Part shown: positions 1-10,700 of the stretch, piece by piece
Position numbering within the stretch: the stretch's first letter is position 1
Layout: every line of letters begins with the position of its first letter
Notes under the pieces: generated by a model
Database searches by the model: none
What the model was told of the DNA's origin: nothing
Seen by the model: the letters and a program-made list of their open reading frames with translations, nothing else
Made by a program: the position numbers and the translations under genes
Assembly (NCBI GenBank): GCA_051362555.1
Contig: CM120641.1
Span: 13,454,001-13,518,000 of the forward strand
Length of the DNA stretch: 64,000 bases
Reading direction: 5' to 3'
From: Lingula anatina
Lineage: Eukaryota > Animalia > Brachiopoda

Positions 1-381
1 GAATCTGAAGCATTTAACTACCATTTCCCCACATAAAAAATTATTGACTCTTTTGAGTATTAAAGACACATCCATTTGCCTATGGACTTCATTATATAAA
101 TGAAAAAAGCAGAATTTCAGCTGTGTAAATCTGTTTCAGAAAAATTATGCAAAACACATTTTGACCTAAAAATTATGCTGAAAGCAATAAAAACATCTTG
201 AACATTCAGACTTTATGCGACAAATCTGTCCTTGTTCATGGAATGTAGGACAAGTTGGTTTGACAACAAACAACCATCCTATTCAATTAAAACAATTTGA
301 GACTGGGAAATGGTGTACAATATATGTCACTCTCTGTATATCTACGTCATCTCCTGACCAGTTATTTGTTCTTATTTTCAG

Positions 382-3324
382 ATACCCAAACACAAACAAA
401 AACCAACAACGACAAGTGCAAAAGCTATTCTGTCTCTCTGTCTGACTTTAACAGCAATATCCTTAACTGACAGTCAACTGTGCCCCCTTCCTCCTCCTTG
501 TGGATGTGAAAGAGGAGAAAATGGAGCTGTAATTAACTGCAGATACTACAAACTTACAGCTTTGCCAGAAATAACACCGAGCAATGTCACATTCTATGAG
601 CTTACCTTGGCTCATAACAACATTCATCTTTTAACACCAGGGATGTTTCAAGGACTTTCTATCCAAAGATTGGACCTCAGCAGCAATCCAATTGAGTACC
701 TTGACAATAACACCTTTATTGGGCTGGAGTCTTCCCTAACTGAGCTCATTTTAGAGGTTCGTGAAGGAACACAAGTTCATATAAACATGGAAGCCATAAC
801 AAGTTTAACTAAATTGGAATATCTTTATCTGAAAGGATTTACAATGCCAGTATTACCAGATGCATTATTTCATGAACTGACAAATCTACGACAGCTTTAC
901 TTAGAGTCATGTGCTGTAAGACAAATATCAAGCAATACTTTCAGTGTTATAAACAACACTTTAGAGGAGCTTCATTTGATAAATAACAACATCACAGAAG
1001 TGCCAACAAGTGGGCTATCACTGTTGAAAAACCTCAAAATTCTTGATCTCTCCGGGAATATCATTCGGTCAATTAATACAGATTCTTTTCAAGGTCTTAC
1101 AGCATTGGTAGACCTAGATCTATCCCATAATGCACTGCAGATTCTCCATTTGAATGCATTCAGGGGACTGGAGGTCAACTTGGAAAAACTTTCCCTACAT
1201 CTCAACATCTTGATGGAGCTTCAACTCCCTGCAATATCAAAGTTATATAAACTCAAAAGTCTCAATCTTGCAAATAACCAGATTCAGACCATTCAAAATG
1301 GACTGTTCACAAATCTTACAAGATTGGAGTATCTTAACATACTTGGCAACCAGCTACGTGCAATTACCCCATATACATTCAATGGACTTCATACAAGACT
1401 AAAATCTCTCATTTTAGCAGAAAATAGGTTACGCTACATTGCAAATGAAACATTCCTATCCTTCAATTCACTTGAAGAGCTTTATCTGGACAATCAGCAG
1501 CTAGTGGGGCTATTCAATCCTCATACTTTCAATGGATTAGAGAAAAATCTGAAAGTTCTCAGTATTGACAATGTTGGATTCAGTTCTACAGCTTGGCTCA
1601 GTCTAAAGCCTCTCACAAAACTCAGGACACTTAATCTCTGTCACAATCAGGTCACCATCATTCCAAACTATTTCTTTGAAAATTTCACCCACCTCAATAC
1701 TTTAAAACTATGTCACAATAGTATGTATACTCTGGCCCAGGCCACCCTATATGGCCTTCAAAGTACGCTACGTAGGCTTCTCCTTAATAATAACAATATA
1801 GTGTCTATGGACAGATGCACTTTTAATGAATTCCATTTTCTGGAGGAGGTGACACTGGGAGGTAACCCCCTGCAGTGTGACTGTAGACTGCAATGGTTAA
1901 AAGAATGGGTTAACAGGACATTCACACCTTTCTTACAGCAGGTGCTAATTGACTGGCGTTGTGACCAGCCTGAGGATGTTCAAGGAAAACTTTTCAGAAT
2001 GATTCCTTGGGAGAACTTTACATGCGTTAGACAGCCTATCCCTCGGTCTTGTATTCCATATACTACAACAACAAGCACAACTACGACAACTCCAACAACA
2101 ACTACTACTTCTACTACAACTATGACTTCTACTACGACTTCTACTACTACTACTACAACTATACCTAGCACCACAAGTCCAAGAACTAGAAGTACATCAC
2201 CAACAACACATGCAGTGAATTCTACACCAAACACTGTCAACAGAACAACTACTCTACAACAGTACACTTCATCATCATTTACAGTAACACCCCAGAACAC
2301 CAGTAGAACCCCAGTAAAAACAGCAACAACATTATCATCATCATTAGTTTCAATAAGTGAGTTGTCATCTCCCACCACCAGGTCCCCACCAACAGAACAT
2401 TCTTCATCAGGAACAATCCCCGCCATAAGCAGCACTCCACAGAGTTCTGTAGTTCCAACACATGGCACCCATTACCTAGAGATCAGGCTCCTTAATGCTA
2501 CAACATCCTCCTTGAAATTCTGGTGGAATCCTGACCACGATCATGACATAACAGGATACCAGATACAATATGACTACTTCACACAAGAAATGAATCACAC
2601 AACACTGTCAGACCCCCTCCACTATACTGTGACAGTATATGAGATGAGGAGACTACAGGCTGGCACTAGCTACCGCATATGTATCATTATTCTTTTGGAC
2701 AACAGAGAAATGGATAAAAGACCCGAGAACTGCTTTAATGCATCGACAAACGCAGTTCCAGCACCTGCTAATAATTCCAACCAATCACATCCCCCTGGTC
2801 CCATTTCTGCTGGTACTTTAGCTGGAGTGATCATTGGCGTTATTCTTGTGGTAGTAGCAGTTATAGCTGTGGCTGTAGTTGTAGTAGTGATCAGAAGACG
2901 AAAGTTAACAACAGAACCATACTATGCAAAACCATCAAAAGGGTTACCAAGCAATACCCTACCTACAACAAGCTATGACTCAAAACGTTACACCAAAAAG
3001 AAAAATCTCAATGGTGCTGCAAAAGCAAATAGTGGGGTATGTGAGACTAAGTTTAATGGAAAGGCTGACTTAGCAGCTGATAAAAATTCAGAAATTGAAG
3101 GTGCAACAGCCTTCCCATCTACAAGTGAAAAACTAAGTGATGAAAAAGCTGCAAGCATTGAAAATGAAGTGAATTCGGCTGAAAGATGGAGTGCTGCTAA
3201 TGAACGATATAAAAAAATGCCTTTGCCTCCTAAACCAGAAGATGGATACTTAAACCCTAAAGACTGTATACCTGACAGTCCATCAGATCCTGCTGATGTG
3301 TACTGTGAAATAGGCTATATCTAA
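382..3324 (+). CDS. Single-pass LRR receptor: signal peptide, LRRNT, about 17 LRRs, LRRCT, Thr/Ser mucin stalk, FN3, TM, Tyr-containing tail (FLRT/vasorin-like architecture)
   Basis: The ORF-track frame (562) stays open back to a polypyrimidine acceptor ttcttattttcag|382. This adds a hydrophobic signal-like stretch (AILSLCLTLTAISLTDS) and the LRRNT cap CPLPPPCGC...INC. Also seen: LxxLxLxxN repeats, LRRCT GNPLQCDCRLQWL..WRC, FN3 (LKFWW..ITGYQIQY..LQAGTSYRICI) and TM GVIIGVILVVVAVIAVAVVVVVI followed by RRRK. No ATG in this exon before the signal peptide. Confidence 0.9.
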   Translation: MPKHKQKPTTTSAKAILSLCLTLTAISLTDSQLCPLPPPCGCERGENGAVINCRYYKLTALPEITPSNVTFYELTLAHNNIHLLTPGMFQGLSIQRLDLSSNPIEYLDNNTFIGLESSLTELILEVREGTQVHINMEAITSLTKLEYLYLKGFTMPVLPDALFHELTNLRQLYLESCAVRQISSNTFSVINNTLEELHLINNNITEVPTSGLSLLKNLKILDLSGNIIRSINTDSFQGLTALVDLDLSHNALQILHLNAFRGLEVNLEKLSLHLNILMELQLPAISKLYKLKSLNLANNQIQTIQNGLFTNLTRLEYLNILGNQLRAITPYTFNGLHTRLKSLILAENRLRYIANETFLSFNSLEELYLDNQQLVGLFNPHTFNGLEKNLKVLSIDNVGFSSTAWLSLKPLTKLRTLNLCHNQVTIIPNYFFENFTHLNTLKLCHNSMYTLAQATLYGLQSTLRRLLLNNNNIVSMDRCTFNEFHFLEEVTLGGNPLQCDCRLQWLKEWVNRTFTPFLQQVLIDWRCDQPEDVQGKLFRMIPWENFTCVRQPIPRSCIPYTTTTSTTTTTPTTTTTSTTTMTSTTTSTTTTTTIPSTTSPRTRSTSPTTHAVNSTPNTVNRTTTLQQYTSSSFTVTPQNTSRTPVKTATTLSSSLVSISELSSPTTRSPPTEHSSSGTIPAISSTPQSSVVPTHGTHYLEIRLLNATTSSLKFWWNPDHDHDITGYQIQYDYFTQEMNHTTLSDPLHYTVTVYEMRRLQAGTSYRICIIILLDNREMDKRPENCFNASTNAVPAPANNSNQSHPPGPISAGTLAGVIIGVILVVVAVIAVAVVVVVIRRRKLTTEPYYAKPSKGLPSNTLPTTSYDSKRYTKKKNLNGAAKANSGVCETKFNGKADLAADKNSEIEGATAFPSTSEKLSDEKAASIENEVNSAERWSAANERYKKMPLPPKPEDGYLNPKDCIPDSPSDPADVYCEIGYI

Positions 3325-4766
3325 TTTAATGCTTTGTACTTGAGATAAGTGCAAATTATTGTAGATTTTGTATATAAATCATTTCTGAATACTATTCATT
3401 TATCTGTTCTTTAAACACAACTTAAAAAATACAAATTAGTTATACTAATTAATTGAGAGACAAGATTTATTTTATCATAATAAAAAAATGACAAAAAATA
3501 CTTTTTATATATTACTTGTATGTTTTGAACATTAACAAAACCACAACTAAAAAAACATCATTTTCTATATTTATCTAGCCCTCAATAAATTGCCAATCAT
3601 TTAGTCTTCCAAAGCTCAAGTATGATGGAAATGACATGATGATGAGGCTAATCCAGTTCTGGCAAGGTTAGCCATCATAACCATTCTACCCAGCAACACT
3701 ATTAACATCCAATAATTTCCCTAAATATCACTGTCACTGCAAGCTAACACAGGAAATAAAGTGTTGTTGTAGGTGTAATGTCCATGTTCAGCCTGTATCT
3801 TTAGGTTAATGGGAGAGTGTTCTTTAGACAAACAAATGATTAGTTATATCATAATTTTTTACTGCTGTAAGAGAAGAGTGTTGGGGTATCTAGGGTCATG
3901 TCTTAAAATACTTGGCCAAAACAATGACAATTTAGAGATAACAGTTATTTTTAGGCTAAAACAAAATGGAAAAAAAATATGGAGGGGTGTGTAAGACTAA
4001 ATTTATAGAAAGGCTGACTCAGCACATAATAGAATTGGAAGTTGCAATAGCCCCATGTGATCTCCACTACAGGTAACTTTAGGGCTGTGAAATTCCAGAA
4101 GAATGACTCCAGTTAAAGAAAGAGTGAATAGTTTTCTCCATATCTTTGCATGAAACAATGTATCAAACATGCTCCTTTTTTTTTGCTTTGGTGTGACATA
4201 CCTATAAGGCACACCACTCACTATCTTAGCTTACCAAACTGTATGGTGATAAACAATATCCTCTGATGACTGTTTTATTGATTCATATACTACTGTATTA
4301 AAAAGTAGTAAACTCCATGTTTTATGGCTTTCAAAGGATGGGGGCCTGCCAACAAGTAACTGCAGTGATACATTACAAAAAAAACATAAAACCCTGTAGC
4401 GTACTTGGTTTTGCTGCCTTTTATGTGCCAAAGTCTGTATTGCCCAAGGCTACAAAACCATACTGCTCTACAGGTAACTCAATTCCATACACTAGACATT
4501 CTGATTCCAAACTAATGCATTTCAAAATCATTGGTCTCATGAATCACCGCAAATCTATTAAGAGCTTTTCTTTATCATATACCTTTCTCATTTCAGTAAT
4601 TTGATGACTTCATTTTTTTTTTCATTTCAAAAAAAAAAAAAAATAATAATAATAATAAATAATAATAATAATAATAAAAAGAACAACACTAGGCCACTGC
4701 CTTCACCAAAAAGGTGTGATATGCAAAAAGTAATATGTTACAGTGTGTCAACTGTGAATACAAACC

Positions 4767-7700
4767 TCACTATAGATTGGGGCCTTGGTCACATGTGACA
4801 GGAAACTAGATGTCCCTGAGCTGGTTCTCCTATCAAACAGGCACTCCACAACCTCCATGATGCCCAGTGAAATATCCAGAGACAAAGAACTCTTGCTGTT
4901 CAAGGATTTCTGCTGACAGTGAAGAGTCAAGGGTTTCCCAAGGCACCTTTCAAAATTAAAGTGTAAAAAGGAAAATCAAAGTGTTAAAAGTCAACTGCTA
5001 TGGACTGAGCATCCACACATATTGTGATAGTTAAGAAAGCTTACTATTTAGTCTTGATCAAATTGGTGTACACAACAATAACAAACTGGGCTTTTTTAAA
5101 GTACATTTTTCATAGTAGACCACAACTCAAAATCATACTACAAAAACATATATCAACAGCACAAAATTTTTGGCTTTACCAATTTAAACATATCACTTAC
5201 CCTATGTGATCATATGGGCAAATTTCTGAAATCCTTTCCCTGATTTTAACCAAATCTATGGGGGTCATACCACTGGGGTTCACAGTCTTAATGCCCTGGA
5301 AGTACCTCTCCCCCATTTCTTTCAGCTTTTCAGTAGCTGATTTCTCTGGTTCATCCATTACGTCCCCTGGAGAAGTTTGGGGGTCTTCATGAAGGAGGGT
5401 CAGGGACAGAAAACTCATTTTGACTTTGAAGACATTCAGCTCCACCCCTGGTTCCTCCAGAAGCTTCTGCACTGGATCTGACACGATTAAAAGAAGAAAT
5501 CAAGCAATAAGAAAAACTTTCACAAGTTTGAATTCTTTATTAATTAATTAATGAAACATAGATGTTAAAATATTCTGTTTGTATACCCTTTTCATCCTTT
5601 CCTTTTGATAATGTAAACTGTACATTCCCCTGCAACGAGAACAAGATATTGAAAGTTACCTACCTTTTCCCTTAGCAGGTTTTGTCTTTTGCTTTAGCTC
5701 CTTTGACAAAGTACTTGTGAATGGAGTTTCTGTCTTGGTATTGCTTACATAACTGCCCCCGGTGTATCTGTAAGTACCTGGAAGAATGTCCACAAATGTA
5801 TTTACGTTAAGCTGGCATTTTACATTTTCTTTTACTCATTATATTCTACATGTACACATGCACTCATCAATTTAAAAAGTTAGGTGTCAAATACTGGTAA
5901 TTTTCATCAAAAAATGAACCAGATCAAAAGTTGTTTACTACAATGAGATATCCACATCTACGCATTAAATATTCCTAATCATTGCTAACTATGGTAGCAC
6001 TGCAACAACAAAACACTTTTGCTTTGGCCAATTCCGTGCTGCAATTCTTTCTAAACCAACATTCAAGACATTACCTGTAGAAACAGACGAAGCGGTCTTT
6101 GTACTGTATGAACTGGTGTAGGAGGATTGCATGGAGCCAATACCAACATTGCTTTGACCCAGGGAGAAGTATAGATCATCTCTAGAGTCATCTGAAATAA
6201 GATTCCCCAACTGTTACAATGGATTGATAGAAATCGTGGCAAAGATGATAGATGAGCATGTCACAGAATGCTCAGTCACACACCAGTGTCTGCATTTAGT
6301 AGTAACTGTTTGACAGCCTGCAAGGTGATGACAAATTTTCTTCGCATAACAGTGGCAGAGATATACTTCAAACACTGACAATACTGTGACAAAGAGAAAC
6401 TCCCTACATTTTATAGGTGAACATTTGTTGTTTTAATTACCTAGTGAATGTGTAGTCATGCTTTCATCATCATCTCTCCAAGATGGCTGCCTGGTTCTTT
6501 CCTGACCTCTCTGCATTCTATCTTGCTGCATCTGTCTCTGTAAGTCTTGTTCCACTCTCTGGAAATCTGTCTGGTTCATGGGTTTGTTCAAGTTTCCACT
6601 GTGGCCTTTCTCATCACTATCACAGGATCCTGCAAAGTTATTTTTATGCACAAAAAATGCATTATATGTTTTCAAAAATTTTTCATACTCAGCAAGTTCA
6701 CATAGCACTGATAAACAGTATGTTTAACTAAGCATTTCTCAAACAGGTACAACTGTAAAGTTACAACAGTAGCTATGCATTTGGGTACATTTTGAAACAA
6801 AAGTCACAGTTGTGGCATGTTTATTACTATAGAACATTTTCTTTCAAGGTATCCACTGAGTGTAATATTATAACACACTTCAAATATCTGGTTTTTATCA
6901 AAAATGAAAATAAAGTACTTGACTAAATAAGATAATATCAATCATGAGAAGAAATGTTTTAATCTTTGTTTCATTCAAATGTTTACAAAAATCTTGAAAT
7001 TACTCTCTGAGCAATAGAAATTGTGATTTTTAACATTTGGACTAACCTGGAGCTGAAAGAGTTTCTGCCATCAACAGTAACATATGGAGCTGTCTCGGAG
7101 AAAGGAATACATTCAACGGGCCAAGCTGGCAGTCCAGTTCAAACTACAAAAGGAATGAGGATGTTTGTGAAACAATCTACTCCTAGTCTCCATGATGAAT
7201 TAAATCAACATAACTAGTCCTGATTTTCTGAACTTTTTCAGAAAAAGTTCCTTCTGTGTGCATTTTATTAAACATTGGTGCACATTTACCAAAAAAAAAG
7301 GTTAAATTATTTTCACATTTGCTAAAAAAAAATTATCAGACAAATGCAATTCAAACTAGAGGATCAGAGAGGCGATACCGCCTCCGAATATTGTACCACC
7401 AGCTGGAGCTAGCGCATTCGTATAGACCCCCACATACACAAAATAAGGGACACAGCCCCCAGTCTTGTGCTTGACAAGCTGTAAACATGCAATCAACAAG
7501 AATTTTCAATATATGCAAAAAATATATGAAACTAAAAATGGTACAATCAAATTTAAGTTCATTGTAAGGTAGGTGAAAGCTCATTTTCAAGGTCACAGTA
7601 AATTGCCAGTATATGACTTCCTACTCAAGTTCAATAGTAACTATGGACCTATCTCTGCCAGGTTTGGAGTTAAAAGAGAAAGAAATTAGCAGAGTTCAGT

Positions 7701-10700
7701 TCATGATAATAAGTAGATCAAAGGTCAATTTCAAGGTCACACTTAGATTGCCAGTATATGACTTCCTATTCAATTTCAGTAGTAACTATGGACCTATCTC
7801 TGCCAGTTTTGGAGATAAAAGGGAAGCAAAATTTGCAAAGTTCAGTTCATGGTGAAAAATAGGTCAAATGTCAATTTCAAGGTCACAGTAAGATTGCCAG
7901 TATATGACTTTCTATTCAAGTTCAATAGTAACTATGGACCTATCTCTGCCAGTTTTGCAGATAAAAGGGACTAAATGTTATAATTTTGGAGTTACCATAA
8001 TGTGCCATAAATTTCCTACAGAAAAAAATTAATTAAAATAAAGAAAAGGTCATTTTGGTCAAAATTTTTGGAATGGGAGATGCTCTGAAGTTCCAGGTGT
8101 TCAAATTTCATGAAATAATGTCATTTTTGACCACAAGTTGTCTGCTTTGCCAAGCCTAATGTATTATTTTTCCGGAGTTCAAAATTTATTATCCATTACC
8201 GTACTGCACATTTTGCTTTCACCACCAATATGTATTTTTTGATACAGCGTAACTTTAGAGATAAAAGGGAAGCAAAATTTGCAAAGTTCAGTTCATAGTG
8301 AAAAGTAGGTCAAAGGTCAATTTTAAGGTCACATTTAGATTGCCAGTATATGACTTCCTATTCAAGTTCAATAGTAACTATGGACCTATGTCTGCCAGTT
8401 TTGGAGATAAAAGGGAAGCAAAATTTGCAAAGTCCAGTTCATGGTGAAAAGTAGGTCAAAGGTAAATTTTAAGGTCACATTTAGATTGCCAGTATATGAC
8501 TTCCCATTCAACTTCAATAGTAACTATGGACCTATCTCTGCCAGTTTTGGAGATAAAAGGGAAGCAAAATTTGCAAAGTCCAGTTCATGGTGAAAAGTAG
8601 GTCAAAGGTCAATTTTAAGGTCACATTTAGATTGCCAGTATATGACTTCCCATTCAAGTTCAATAGAAACTATGGACCTATCTCTGCCAGTTTTGGAGAT
8701 AAAAGGGAAGCAAAATTTGCAAAGTTCAGTTCATGGTGAAAAGTAGGTCAAAGGTCAATTTTAAGGTCACATTTAGATTGCCAGTATATGACTTCCCATT
8801 CAACTTCAATAGTAACTATGGACTTATCTCTGCCAGTTTTGGAGATAAAAGGGAAGCAAAATTTGCAAAGTTCAGTTCATGGTGAAAAGTAGGTCAAAGG
8901 TCAATTTCAAGGTCACATTTGGATTGCCAGTATATGACTTCCTATTCAACTTCAATAGTAACTATGGACCTATCTCTGCCAGTTTTGGAGATATAAGGGA
9001 CTAATTGTTATAATTTTGGAGTTACCATAATGTGCCATAAATTTCCTACAGAAAAAAATTAATTAAAATAAAGAAAACATCACTTTGGTCAAAATTCTTA
9101 AAATAAGAGGTGCTCTGAAGTTCCAGAAGTTCAAATTTGATGAAATAATGTCATTTTTGACCACAAGTTGTCTGCTTTGCCAAGCCTTTTGTATTATTTT
9201 TCCAGAGTTCAAAATTTATTATCCATTACCGTACTGCACATTTTGCTTTCACCACCAATATGTACTTTTTTATATAGCGTAACTTGAAAACCGTATGGAA
9301 TACAAAAAAACGGAGACCACACCCAGTGTTGGGCTTTACATGCTCTACAAAATGCAAAAAAGAATGGGTCTCTAGCATTAACGGTTCCCAAATTAGAGAC
9401 AGTTTTCAGTTTAGGTACTTTATGGCCGCTACTCCCGTGAAAATGCACCGATTGACCCCAAATTCACGGAGATGAAAGATGACCCGAAGGGTAACACTTT
9501 CCAATAATATCATTGGTAAAGTCTATGTGGTGTCTGAATAACAGGGCAAAAAAAATTTTTTTCGTAAAAAATTTCATTTTTTTGAAAATTTTGGCCCGTT
9601 TGACCTTGAAATAAAGGTCAAAGGTCAAATCCAAGGGCATATTTGAAATCTACACATATGACGTTTGGAAAGCTGTCTGTAGAAATTTTTCCCATTACCC
9701 CCTCCGTAGGGTAGATAATTAGCATTTAATTTTGCCATTTTTAGACAAGGGTGCATTGCAATGAGTGCCACACCTAGACCCCAATACCGACAAAGCCCAA
9801 ATTTTACGTGGAACGAGTTGAGATTATAGGTGACCTAAATCCAAGAGATGGGTACAGGGGCCCTTACCGTCTAGGAGGAGAAGCGGTAACGGTGACTTGG
9901 CGGCGGAGCCGCAGGAGCCGCAGGAGCCGGCGGAACATACGGGTCGGGACTAAAACCATGGGTACCGCCAGCGCCTACGCTGGTGGTACAATCATTTACA
10001 TTTACAAATGACACGTATACCTACCCTTGGTCCTGGTATACTGTCATTCTGTTTAATCCGTATTTTCACATTCTGTTTCCCCTGACATGCAGCAATCTGA
10101 AGGGGTTCTGAAGTGGGCGCTTTCTCATGGGGCCCCAACAGGGTGTTAATAGAGGCTCTTTGGGGTTGCCTGGTTATGATAGAGGATGTGGAGGAAAGGT
10201 TCAGTTCTGTGTCGGCAGACTAAAGGAAAAGAAGATAAAACATATGTAATTAATTGTTCTTGTGGGTATAATTTCAGGACAATTCTATTTTTTAGTTTAC
10301 ATTTGTACTTCAATTATAAACATGGTATGACCAAAACTGCAATCACTGGTTTGCAGGAAAAACCTTTATCTATATCATTTAAAAAATAGAGTGTTGATGA
10401 AAGGTTACCATTACAATAATATTAATGGAACTTTAAGCATGGCTTTTATATAATTTGAGATTAATAAACAACCATGTTATCAACACATTCAACTATACCT
10501 GGAAGCTATAAGGTTGAGAGTCCATGGAATTGCTTCTAGAAAATGTCTTGGCAAATTCATCGCAAAAGAAAGTCATTCCTGTGATATGGAAGTTCTTGTG
10601 TGCAATGGCTGCTGGTTTATACACATCATGCTGCATGGGATCATCTACTGGACTGCCTTGATCAGTAGCAGACTCATCAAAATACTCGATCCTGATGATA

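Noticed and set aside
1980-2468. 162-aa Val-rich minus-strand ORF
   Set aside because: Antisense shadow of the Thr-rich stalk of the LRR gene.
4003-4221. ORF containing ILLEFHSP as the possible next ATG2 exon
   Set aside because: No acceptor gives the phase-0 join required after the 4767 donor, and similarity is only a few residues.
7351-7596. ORF with an acceptor-like site, possible ATG2 exon
   Set aside because: It is the terminus of the Helentron-like element. The exon ending at 10025 joins 7143 directly with ATG2-like sequence.
7590-9000. Regular repeats resembling a CRISPR array
   Set aside because: Head-to-tail 146-bp units with no unique spacers, eukaryotic context and no cas genes.
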